Positions 21,513 to 29,908 of a stretch of DNA of 35,722 bases are shown here, piece by piece. The position numbers and the translations under genes are program-made. How positions within the stretch are numbered: position 1 is the stretch's first letter; the number at the start of each line of letters is the position of its first letter. The DNA is from an uncultured bacterium (GTDB taxonomy: Bacteria > Chloroflexota > UBA5177 > JANWHV01), in contig CAWHAE010000003.1 of assembly GCA_963827235.1 (NCBI GenBank), positions 1 through 35,722 on the forward strand, read 5' to 3'. The notes under the pieces were generated by a model. That model did no database searches. It was not told the origin of the DNA and saw only the letters and a program-made list of their open reading frames with translations.

Positions 21513-22493
21513 ATGCTGCGATCGGCGTTCATCTCCTCTGCTGTGCTCGGCGCCCTCCGTGCTGCTGCTTTCAGCCCGCTGTCTGCGCGCCGCGGGAGCC
21601 TCACTACCATCTCCATCGCACTCAACTGGTTTAGAAACGTGGAATTCGCCGGTATCTGGACAGCGCAGGAGAAAGGCTGGTGGGCGCAAGCAGGCCTGGA
21701 AGTCACGACCAGGCCCTTTGACGGTACCAACGATCCCACGATCCTGGTTGCTGCGGGAAAGCTCCAATTCGGCATCCACGACGGCGCCTCGGTCATTCTC
21801 GCGCGTGTAGCGGGTTGCCCGATCAAAGCCCTCTGGGCATCGGGCCAGAGGTCGCCCTTCGCCTTCATCACCGTGCCAAAGAGCGGAATCACCAGCCCCA
21901 AGGATTTCAAGGGGAAACGGATTGGCTTTCCCGCCGATGGGCGCTACGTGCTGGATGTGATGCTCAATGCCGTCGGACTGAGCGAAGCAGATGTCGTACC
22001 TATCGTGGTCGGCTTGGACCCGGCCGTCCTGCTGGCCGGAAAGGTGGACGCCTATCTCGGCTACCTGACCGACGAGCCGATCGAGATTGCCCAGCGGTAT
22101 CACGTGAAGGTGAATGTGATCCCGGCCAGCGCCTATGGCTATGACTTCTACAGCGACGTGCTCTTCACGACCGATAGCATGATGCGGTCGAATCCCGCCC
22201 TGGTGAGGAGCGTCGTGGCCACGATCGACCGAGGCTGGAAGTATGCCCTGGCCCATCCGTCCGAGATTGCACGCTATGTGGTGCCGGCACTGGACTCCCA
22301 GGACTCGGTGTTGCAGCAGACGGCGGAGTTAGCGGCACTGGCCACGCTGGCCTCGGCGCCCGGCGCACCGGTCGGGAGCATGACGGCGAGCCGATGGCAA
22401 ACAGGGATTCGCTTGCTCGCCACGTACAAGAAGATCCGCGTCGCGGTGCCGGCCAACAGTGTCTACACAGCCCGATTCCTGCCGGCGACCTAA
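21513..22493 (+). CDS. ABC transporter substrate-binding protein, NMT1/THI5 (ThiY-like) family
   Basis: LNWFRNVEFAGIWTAQEKGWW...GLEV, PKDFKGKRIG, GKVDAYLGY, YGYDFYSDVLFT, RGWKYALAHP. Confidence 0.85.
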   Translation: MLRSAFISSAVLGALRAAAFSPLSARRGSLTTISIALNWFRNVEFAGIWTAQEKGWWAQAGLEVTTRPFDGTNDPTILVAAGKLQFGIHDGASVILARVAGCPIKALWASGQRSPFAFITVPKSGITSPKDFKGKRIGFPADGRYVLDVMLNAVGLSEADVVPIVVGLDPAVLLAGKVDAYLGYLTDEPIEIAQRYHVKVNVIPASAYGYDFYSDVLFTTDSMMRSNPALVRSVVATIDRGWKYALAHPSEIARYVVPALDSQDSVLQQTAELAALATLASAPGAPVGSMTASRWQTGIRLLATYKKIRVAVPANSVYTARFLPAT

Positions 22494-22569
22494 GGGCGTC
22501 CTGCAGGGCTGGAGCACGCTCAGCGATGCACTCCGCCGGTTAGCAGTGGCAGCGAGCCCAGGCAGCCTC

Positions 22570-23225
22570 GCCGAGCCGGTCGCAAACGGCTCCGCGGGTG
22601 CCGACCCCGAGGATGAAGCGCTGCTCGCCGACGCGGTCGGACCCGCGCTGCTGGTCGTACTCGACCAGCTGGCTCCCTCCCAGCGCCTCGCCTTTGTTCT
22701 GCACGACGTGTTCGCGGTGCCGTTCGACGAGATCGCTCCGATCGTGAAACGTTCCCCCGTTGCCACGAGGCAGCTCGCCAGCCGCGCACGCCGCCGCCTG
22801 CATGGAGCGCGTGCCTCGCACGGCACCGATAGCGGCCGCCAGCGAGTGGTCGTCGACGCGTTTCTGGCGGCAGCACGTACCGGGGAGTTCGCCGCCCTCC
22901 TGGCCCTGCTCGACTCCGGAGTCGTGGTGCGGTCCGATCGCGTGGCCGCGCAGATGGGTGCGCCGGAAGACGTCGCAGGCGCCACTGCCGTCGCCGAGTT
23001 CCTCTCCGGCCGCGCCGCCGCCGCGCAACCGGCCCTACTCGACGGCGCGGCAGGAGCGGTGTGGGCGCCACGCGGCACGGTTCGCGTCGCCCTCGCTTTC
23101 ACTACAAAGGCGGGAAGATCGTGGCCATCGACCTGGTCGCCGAGCCTGAGCGCCTGGATGCCTTCGACGTGGCGATCCTCGGCAGTGAGCAAGACGGGCC
23201 GGCACGCGGCGCCGGCTCGCCGTGA
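22570..23225 (+). pseudogene. ECF41-type sigma factor remnant (region 4 plus SnoaL-like extension)
   Basis: DPEDEALLADAVGPALLVVLDQLAP.QRLAFVLHDVFAVPFDEIA...RQLASRARRR, VVDAFLAAA; region 2 absent; frameshift near 23105. Confidence 0.8.
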
Positions 23226-23420
23226 TTCGACGGCTACGTGTCTCCGCGGCAAGCACCGGCAGTGAGCGCTCCCCGAGCTATTGCTTCGGCGGGCCCGCTC
23301 TCGAAGGCATGCCCGCGGGAACGTCGCCCTGCGGGCGCGGTACCATCGCTCGAACGGTATAATCGTTCAGTCGCGGCCAGCAGAATGGAAGCGACTGTGA
23401 TGGCATCGGGGGAGGGGCGC

Positions 23421-24515
23421 ATGGCTCGCCTGCGGATTGGGATAATCGGCACAGGCCGGAAAAAGGACCAACCGGACACCGAGGGTTTCTTCATGGCCTA
23501 CGAGCACGGGCGCGGCTACCGCGCGCTGACCGATCGCTGTGAGCTGGTCGCCTGCGCCGATATCATACCGGAGCACGCCCAGGCTTTTGCGGAGGCGTTC
23601 GGCATTGATGCGGACGGCGTGTACGCCGATTATCGCGAGATGCTGCGCCAGGCCAGGCTGGACATGGTGAGCATCTGCACCTGGCCGCATCTGCACGCTT
23701 CCATGGCGGTTGACTGTGCTCTGGCCGGGGTGCGCGCCGTGCACTGCGAGAAGCCCATGGCCTCCACGTGGGGAGCAGCGCGGCTGATGGCGCAAGAGTG
23801 CGCCCGCCGAAACGTGCAGCTGACGTTCAATCACATGCGGCGCTTCGGCAGACCTTTCACGCTGGCGCGCGACGCGCTCGCCGATGGCGCCATCGGTGAG
23901 CTGGACCGTATCGAGCTGGGATTCCCGGGCGATGTGTACGACATCGGGACGCACTGGATTGACCTCTGCGGCATGTTCGTCGGCGAGCGCCCGGCGACAT
24001 GGGTGATAGGACAGATCGACTATCGCCATGAGCGGCGAGTATTCGGCATGCCCTCGGAGGGCCAGGCGCTGGCGCACTGGCAGTACACCAACGGCGTCTC
24101 CGCCACGCTGATCTCCGGCCATGGTCAGGGCGGCGCGAGGTTCTGGCACCGGTTGGTGGGCACTGCCGGCATTCTCGAGATCGGCGTGCCCGACGAGCAG
24201 TCGCTGCGCATTCGGCGCGACGGAACCCCGTGGGAGACGCTCGCCACACAGGGCGAGACGGTGCACGGCGCAGCCAATCGCGACCGCCCGGACTACCATG
24301 AGCGTGCCATCGCGGACGCGGTGGAGGCGTTGCTCGGCGGACGGGAGCCCGAGCTGAGTGCCAAGCGCGCGCTCAACGCCGCGGAGATCGTGTTCGCGAT
24401 CTACGAGAGCAGCAGGCGGCGCGCTCGTGTCGATATGCCGCTCACGATCGACGACCACCCGCTCGTGAGCATGCTCGAGACCGGCGACATCAGACCGTTC
24501 GAGGGTGATGCATGA
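23421..24515 (+). CDS. Gfo/Idh/MocA-family oxidoreductase
   Basis: RIGIIGTG, DMVSICTWPHLH, HCEKPMA, DIGTHWID. Confidence 0.9.
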   Translation: MARLRIGIIGTGRKKDQPDTEGFFMAYEHGRGYRALTDRCELVACADIIPEHAQAFAEAFGIDADGVYADYREMLRQARLDMVSICTWPHLHASMAVDCALAGVRAVHCEKPMASTWGAARLMAQECARRNVQLTFNHMRRFGRPFTLARDALADGAIGELDRIELGFPGDVYDIGTHWIDLCGMFVGERPATWVIGQIDYRHERRVFGMPSEGQALAHWQYTNGVSATLISGHGQGGARFWHRLVGTAGILEIGVPDEQSLRIRRDGTPWETLATQGETVHGAANRDRPDYHERAIADAVEALLGGREPELSAKRALNAAEIVFAIYESSRRRARVDMPLTIDDHPLVSMLETGDIRPFEGDA

Positions 24516-24687
24516 CACCCGCGTGACAACGGGGCCGGCATATTCCGGGGCACCGGACGCGGGCTGCGGCACGGCGGCACCGTCGCCTTGCAGTTGACGG
24601 AGGAACAGCGGCTGCGAGCGACGCGGCCCGGTCATGTGCGTTACCGTGCTTGTATGCCTGCCGCGCCCGGTCGACCCCAGCTCTCCC

Positions 24688-25950
24688 TCAGCCCTTGAGG
24701 ATCGCCAGGAGCTGTTCGCAGCTCATTCCCTGGACGGCACCGATCGCCAGCAGGCGCTCGGCGTAGGTGCGTTCGGCAGGACTCACGCTTTCCGCGAAGC
24801 CCCGCAGTACCGCTGGCCAGGCCACTTGCGAGCGCGCCAGGATGGCCGCGATATCCGGCGGCAGCACCACGCCCAGCGCCTGTAGTCTGGCAATGACCTG
24901 GGCACCGTCCGATCTGTGATGGAGTCCATGAGGGCCGCCGTCTTGGTCGGGCGATGAGGGCGAGCCCGCGGCCGGCCATGAGTCGCTGTCTCCTGCAGCT
25001 CCGATAGAGGCTGACGGCGGAGGCACGACCCCCCGATCGGCCTGTGCAGGCTCAGCCAGGGTTGGAGCACGACCCTCCGCCTCCCGGCCATTCTCAGGCG
25101 CCAGACCGGGATCGTGCTGCGGCACGCCGCTTGAGGAGGAATTACCAAAGTTTGGTAATTCGATGCGTTGACGACGCCCGCCGGCGCGGCGGTCAGGCTT
25201 CGATGCATAGACTTCTCGCGGCCGAATTGTCTCGCCTAGGCGTGCGCGTTCCAACCAGGCGAGCCTTGCTTCCGTCAGGCGGATGCTGGCAATCGCCGCG
25301 GCCGCCGATTTGGAGAGCAAGCCGCTCTCGACCGCTTCCTCGACATCCTCGTAGCGCAGCAGTCGCAGTCGCTCGTCGACGTAGCCTTGCGATCGCTGGA
25401 CGCGCTCCGCTACGCCTTCGGTGGTTAGCTTCTCTATCCGCATTAGCTCCTTGAGCGCGCGAGCCTCCTCGACGGGCTCGAGATCCTCTCGCTGCAGATT
25501 CTCGATGAGCTGCAGGACCCGCTGCTCAGCCGCCCTGGTCTCCGTCACCACTACCGGCACGCGCGCCAGCCTGCGCCGCTCCTCATCGCTCGCGGCGCCG
25601 CTGATCGCCAGCCGAACGGCGGCGTACCGACGCCCTCCGGCCACGATCGTATAGCGCATGTCCCCGTCGCGGCCCAGCCCTTCCTGCCGCACAACGAGAG
25701 GCTGGAGCACGCCATACTGGACAATCGAGCGCGACAACTCCGCGAGACGATCGGGATGCATGTGCCTGCGGGGCTGCGCGGGATCCGGCGTGAGCTGGGC
25801 AATGTCCACCTCACGCGCACCAACCAGCAAACGATCGTTTCCAAGCTGGACGTTCGTGGGCGGGGTCGAGGGCTGAGCAGTGGCCACTCGCGGTCCGGTA
25901 GATATCAGCGGTCCCGCTACTCTCGGCCCGGTCTTCCGCGCCGCACTCAC
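24688..25950 (-). CDS. parB: ParB/Spo0J-family partition protein
   Basis: PDPAQPRR, GVLQPLVVR, IVAGGRRYAA (G for E in the GxRR CTPase motif), LIENLQREDL, followed by an HTH; overlaps the parA stop. Confidence 0.9.
   Translation of the reverse strand: MSAARKTGPRVAGPLISTGPRVATAQPSTPPTNVQLGNDRLLVGAREVDIAQLTPDPAQPRRHMHPDRLAELSRSIVQYGVLQPLVVRQEGLGRDGDMRYTIVAGGRRYAAVRLAISGAASDEERRRLARVPVVVTETRAAEQRVLQLIENLQREDLEPVEEARALKELMRIEKLTTEGVAERVQRSQGYVDERLRLLRYEDVEEAVESGLLSKSAAAAIASIRLTEARLAWLERARLGETIRPREVYASKPDRRAGGRRQRIELPNFGNSSSSGVPQHDPGLAPENGREAEGRAPTLAEPAQADRGVVPPPSASIGAAGDSDSWPAAGSPSSPDQDGGPHGLHHRSDGAQVIARLQALGVVLPPDIAAILARSQVAWPAVLRGFAESVSPAERTYAERLLAIGAVQGMSCEQLLAILKG
25140..25160. promoter_or_regulatory. 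parS-like palindrome inside parB
   Basis: AATTACCAAA-G-TTTGGTAATT, perfect 10-bp arms, AT-rich in GC-rich DNA; second copy at 29537-29553. Confidence 0.6.
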
Positions 25951-26720
25951 GTTATGGCCTCTACGGGAATCATGCGCGCAGCGAGCGACCGGAAAGCCGC
26001 CGCCGCGGCCGAGCGCGGGCTGCTCGCTACTACCGGCGTTCTCGCGTTGATCGCGCGCTCTACTAGCGGTGAATGGGGGATGGGATCGGCGATCAGTGCC
26101 CCATACGCCGATGTCAACGCCCGTAGCCCGTCCCGCTGTGGAGCTTCGTCCGCATGATAGTTGGACGGCAGAATAGACACGATCTCGGCGGTCACGAAAC
26201 GGTATCGGCGCAACTCCTCCTGGGTGGCGAAGATGTCGACGAGCGCGTCGATATCCTGCTGAGCCCCCGTCCGGGTCGGGACCACGGCCACATCCCCGGC
26301 CAACATCGCGGCAGTTTGCGTGAAGCCAAGGAGCGGGGCCGTGTCAATGACGATCGCGTCATAGTCTTCGCACACATCCTCAAGCAGGAGCCTCAGGCGC
26401 ATCGGGCCTGTAGGATTCTGCGCCAATGCCAGAGAGGTAGCCTCGATCGAGCGGTCGCCGGGAGCCAGGTCAAGCATTAGGCCAACGGGGCGGATAATGT
26501 CGCGAATGCCGCGCGGCATGTCCGCGATGCGGCTGCCGATTCCATACTCGGGCCTGACGGGCTCATCCGAAAGAGCGCGGGTCAAGCTCGCCTGGCTGTC
26601 GAGGTCCACCAGGAGGCAGCGGCGTCCGACGGCGACGAGGGCGCCGGCGAGATTATACGCCGTCGTCGTCTTGGCACTGCCACCCTTGCGACCCAGAACC
26701 GCAATCTGCACGGTGCTCAC
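25947..26720 (-). CDS. parA: ParA/Soj-family partition ATPase
   Basis: Deviant Walker A KGGSAKTT, LLVDLDSQ, IVIDTAP; GTG start at 26720 inferred. Confidence 0.9.
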   Translation of the reverse strand: MSTVQIAVLGRKGGSAKTTTAYNLAGALVAVGRRCLLVDLDSQASLTRALSDEPVRPEYGIGSRIADMPRGIRDIIRPVGLMLDLAPGDRSIEATSLALAQNPTGPMRLRLLLEDVCEDYDAIVIDTAPLLGFTQTAAMLAGDVAVVPTRTGAQQDIDALVDIFATQEELRRYRFVTAEIVSILPSNYHADEAPQRDGLRALTSAYGALIADPIPHSPLVERAINARTPVVASSPRSAAAAAFRSLAARMIPVEAIT

Positions 26721-26772
26721 AACGTCGCCCTGCCCTGCCTGGTGGTCCACGAAGGCTGGAATCGCTCTGTCG

Positions 26773-27066
26773 TCAACGCAAGGCCCTTCCACGACTCTCG
26801 CGAACGCGGCGCGGCTCATGCAGGGCCCGCGCGGCGAGGAACTCCTGCCCAAGGGCTTCGAGCGATTCCGTCTGCCCTGGAGTCTCCCTGGAGCCGTCGT
26901 CGAAGTGAGCGGCAAGCACCGATGCAATGACCTGGTTGCGGGAGAGTCCGGTCTGTGCTGCCTGCTGCTCGATCTGTTGCACGGTCCTGGTGCCGAGGTA
27001 CACGGTGATCGTGCGCTTTCGTTCATCGTCGGGCAGTCGCGGCCGACCAAGCTTGCCTCGAGCCAT
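26773..27066 (-). CDS. Ribbon-helix-helix (CopG-like) DNA-binding protein
   Basis: GRPR..DERKRTITVYL (strand), VQQIEQQAAQTG (helix), LSRNQVIASVL (helix); directly upstream of parA. Confidence 0.7.
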   Translation of the reverse strand: MARGKLGRPRLPDDERKRTITVYLGTRTVQQIEQQAAQTGLSRNQVIASVLAAHFDDGSRETPGQTESLEALGQEFLAARALHEPRRVRESRGRALR

Positions 27067-27085
27067 AGGATCCAGTTCCCTTGTG

Positions 27086-27115
27086 AGTATCTTTGTTTAA
27101 ACAAAGTTACCGCAA
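27086..27115 (-). promoter_or_regulatory. Putative promoter of RHH-parA-parB with an overlapping palindromic operator
   Basis: Minus strand TTGCGG-N18-GATACT; perfect 16-bp palindrome CTTTGTTTAAACAAAG (27091-27106) fills most of the spacer. Confidence 0.55.
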
Positions 27116-27158
27116 TCCGCGGCCGCATAAGCAGCTAGCTGTGGACAACTACTCGATT

Positions 27159-28568
27159 CTATCGTTCGCGTCTGCGAGCTTGGGCGCTTGGCGGCCACTG
27201 CCGGCTCTCAATTCGGGTACGCAGGAAGCCCGCCACATTCTCGATGCCTTTGCCGCGATCGCCATTGACATAGGCGAGCCAACCATGAATTCGCCTCAGC
27301 CCCTCAGGGTCGGCCGCGACATACCGTTGCACGAGGTCTTTGGTGAAATGTCGACTGAGTGCCTCGGCGACGCTGAAGGCCCCAAGCGCCGCATACGTGT
27401 CCTCCAGATCACGGCGCACTGCCGCGAGATAGGATCGCTTCTGCTCCTCTTCGGGTGTCCAGTCTTCCTCGCCCTGGCCAAGGAATTGCCGAGCCGAGTA
27501 GAAGACCTCCGTGCTCACACGCACACCCCAATTCCGCGCCGTGGCTTCGATGTCAGCCCGCGCCAGGTCACGTATGCACGTGACAGCGGCGTTGCTGTCG
27601 TCGGTCTCGAGGAGAACCTCGTCATCTGCCAACTCGTACGCACTGATTTCATCGTCGGTGCGAAGCACCACACCACCGCCCCCTTGGTGTTGGCTATCTT
27701 CCGGGGTTGCCTTGGCTGGGTCTACCTTAGTGGGAGTGTCCTTCGGGTCTTCCGAGGGAACCAAGCTGGTTCCCTCGGAGGTATACCGTGGACCGCGTGC
27801 GAACTCCGGTGGTACCGTCAGGAAACCAGCTTGGTCCGCCATGGCATGTCCGCGGTCCGCGTCGAAACCACGTGGGCGCGTCCCGGAACCACCTGGTTCG
27901 CTCAGGCTACTACCTGGTTCTCCGGCGAGACTACCTGGTTCGTCCATGGACTGCCTGCCATCGTTGGTGTCAGCGAGGCGCTCGGGATCCTGAGCGAAAG
28001 TCGCTTCCAGGAGACTCGACCAGTCGGAGCGAGAGCGCAGTCGAACATTCTTGCGTCGTAGAGGTTCCCAGTTGCGCGGCACGAGGTCCGCCGCGCGCTC
28101 AATTGCCTCCTCCAGCGTGCATCCTCCTGAGCGGAACGCGCCGACGAGGCTGGCCAGCCCCTCCTCGATTGGCAGCGGCTCCAAGAGGTAGTAGACATTG
28201 TTAGCCTTGCTGCCGTCCTCGTTCATTCCTCGCTGTACGTGGATCAGCTTCAGGTCGGAGAGCAGGGTCACCGCGCGCACGACCGTGGCTCGACCCTTCC
28301 CCCAGTGCCTGGCCAGGCGGGAGAGGGACGGCCAACAGTACTGGTCCTTGTTAGCCATGCAGGACAGGGAGCAGTATATGGCGAAGACGTCAGCACCCAG
28401 CAACGGCCCATACTCGTCGACGACCAGGTCGTGAACCCAGAAGCGCTCGTTAGTGCGCATATCACGCACCACGATGCCGCCTTCCAGCAGCGCTTCGTCG
28501 CTGCGTCCGACGCTCATGGGCGTAAGCGCTCGAGCGCTGGAAGACAGCCGGGCGCGATCGCCGGTCAT
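27159..28568 (-). CDS. Putative replication initiator with N-terminal HTH (HTH_36/phage-replisome-organizer-like)
   Basis: FWVHDLVVDEYGPLLGADVFAIYCSLSCMANKDQYCWPSLSRLA...RATVVRAV.LL.DLKLI...NNVYYLL; low-complexity middle; C-terminal IENVAGFLRTRIE. Start uncertain (28568 or 28625). Confidence 0.7.
   Translation of the reverse strand: MTGDRARLSSSARALTPMSVGRSDEALLEGGIVVRDMRTNERFWVHDLVVDEYGPLLGADVFAIYCSLSCMANKDQYCWPSLSRLARHWGKGRATVVRAVTLLSDLKLIHVQRGMNEDGSKANNVYYLLEPLPIEEGLASLVGAFRSGGCTLEEAIERAADLVPRNWEPLRRKNVRLRSRSDWSSLLEATFAQDPERLADTNDGRQSMDEPGSLAGEPGSSLSEPGGSGTRPRGFDADRGHAMADQAGFLTVPPEFARGPRYTSEGTSLVPSEDPKDTPTKVDPAKATPEDSQHQGGGGVVLRTDDEISAYELADDEVLLETDDSNAAVTCIRDLARADIEATARNWGVRVSTEVFYSARQFLGQGEEDWTPEEEQKRSYLAAVRRDLEDTYAALGAFSVAEALSRHFTKDLVQRYVAADPEGLRRIHGWLAYVNGDRGKGIENVAGFLRTRIESRQWPPSAQARRRER
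27755..27945. repeat. Intragenic ~21-bp degenerate repeat array (candidate iterons)
   Basis: ACCTGGTTC at 27891, 27912 and 27933; degenerate units continue leftwards at 20-22-bp spacing to the palindrome GGGAACCAAGCTGGTTCCC near 27756. Confidence 0.6.
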
Positions 28569-28626
28569 GACGAGCTCGCCAATCGCGCCGTGGTCAAACG
28601 CATGGCCCGGGCTGGTACCGCGCAAC

Positions 28627-28656
28627 TTGACAGTCGATCGGGCACCAGACTAATAT
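28627..28656 (+). promoter_or_regulatory. Sigma70-type promoter firing against the gene direction
   Basis: TTGACA (28627-28632), 18-nt spacer, TAATAT (28651-28656). Confidence 0.6.
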
Positions 28657-28661
28657 TGAGC

Positions 28662-28819
28662 GTAGAAAGACCACTCCCGAGGTGACGGCCAGTCACGTCA
28701 GGAAGTCTTGATTGGCTCTGCTGCTGGTGATGCACCGGGACCTCCAATCCACAGCATCACTAGACATTTCTACTGCTCGGTTGAAAACCTCTGCGTATGT
28801 CAGTACGCAGGGGTTTTTT
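28662..28819 (+). ncRNA. Candidate structured counter-transcribed small RNA (~160 nt)
   Basis: Bounded by the promoter above and a terminator. Stems: 28662-28668/28767-28773, 28682-28686/28692-28696, 28724-28733/28754-28763. The G-U pairs form only on the + strand. Confidence 0.6.
28784..28819 (+). terminator. Rho-independent terminator
   Basis: AAAACCTCTGCGTA-tgtcag-TACGCAGGGG-TTTTTT; hairpin with one G-U pair followed by T6. Confidence 0.8.
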
Positions 28820-28955
28820 GTTGGCACTTGCCTGGCTGGCAAGGTGACCACGAGCAGGCGGTCCTGTGACCGCTCGGCACGCAGCCGCCGCGCATTACGG
28901 TGGCAGGTCGTCGCGTCGTCTACTCATCACTGTCCTCCCACCCGGAGTCTCGCCA

Positions 28956-29396
28956 TCACGCCACTTGATGACCGGTCTGCGGCCTGGCCCTTGCGTGTTG
29001 CATCGAGCAGAGCTCATCCATCTCACGTGCCACCACACCGATATCCATGAAGAGAAAGGCGGACTGGCCGTCCAGGACTCGGACCGCCTCCGCTCTGTTG
29101 CGGAAGATGAAGACTTCACCGTTGAGCCCGACAAGGCTCAATTCACGCAGAGGATCAGTCGAGTGTTCCCGCAGCTTGTCCACTGCCCTGCGGATCATCT
29201 GTAGAGTGATGCCCTGGTCCTTCAGCCGCATCACGACGCGTATGCGTATGAGGTCATCGAAGCTGTAACGACGCTTCACCGCGCCGCCGCCACTGGGCTG
29301 CAAGAAGCCTGTCCAGGCCCAGTAGTCGAGCTGTCGGGCGGTTGCACCGGCGAGACGACAGGCCTGCCCGGTCGTAAAAAGCTCCTGTTGCTCCAA
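28956..29396 (-). CDS. MerR-family HTH regulator
   Basis: GGAGGT RBS with TTG start; FTTGQACRLAGATARQLDYWAWTGFLQPS...RRYSFDDLIRIRVVMRLKDQGITLQMIRRA. Confidence 0.85.
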   Translation of the reverse strand: MEQQELFTTGQACRLAGATARQLDYWAWTGFLQPSGGGAVKRRYSFDDLIRIRVVMRLKDQGITLQMIRRAVDKLREHSTDPLRELSLVGLNGEVFIFRNRAEAVRVLDGQSAFLFMDIGVVAREMDELCSMQHARARPQTGHQVA

Positions 29397-29420
29397 GGTT
29401 CTACCTCCGGCACCCAGACG

Positions 29421-29474
29421 CATCGCAACATACATGTTGTAATGGATTATAGGGGGGCAGAGGCGAGTGGTCAA
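29421..29474 (-). promoter_or_regulatory. merR promoter with dyad near the transcription start
   Basis: Minus strand TTGACC (29474-29469), 17-nt spacer, TATAAT (29451-29446); dyad CAT-CG-CAACAT-AC-ATGTTG-TA-ATG at 29421-29444. Confidence 0.7.
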
Positions 29475-29536
29475 AGCGCGGAATGCGAGCGCAGCACGGC
29501 CGGCAGCCAGGCGGTGAGCCGAGCGGCGCACCCGGA

Positions 29537-29553
29537 TTACCAAACTTTGGTAA
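29537..29553. promoter_or_regulatory. Second parS-like palindrome (intergenic)
   Basis: TTACCAAA-C-TTTGGTAA; same 17-mer as the core of 25140-25160, read on the opposite strand. Confidence 0.6.
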
Positions 29554-29908
29554 CTCCCGGCCGCGACGCCGAGTACTGCTGCAGGCAATCGTGCAGCGCG
29601 GTCGTGGCCGCGCTACCGGCGACGCCACGAAGTTCCCGCGCCGCTGGAGGTACGCGTGGTCGTTCGCAGAGGGCGCCGGAAGGCCGGCGCCGCATCGAAC
29701 AAGCGTGACCTGCGGGATCGCCGATGCTCGTGCGCATGCTGTTGGCGCGGCGACAGCCGGACACACCGCCTCCCTCCCCGTACGGGTCGCCATCGACTAG
29801 GGTGCCGGCTTGTCAATAGCCACCACGCCGGCCGGCACCTGGACCGAATCCTGAGCAGAAGCGCGGGCGTTTGCGCCGCCGGCGCTTCCGCTCTGTAGCG
29901 ATCGGGGT

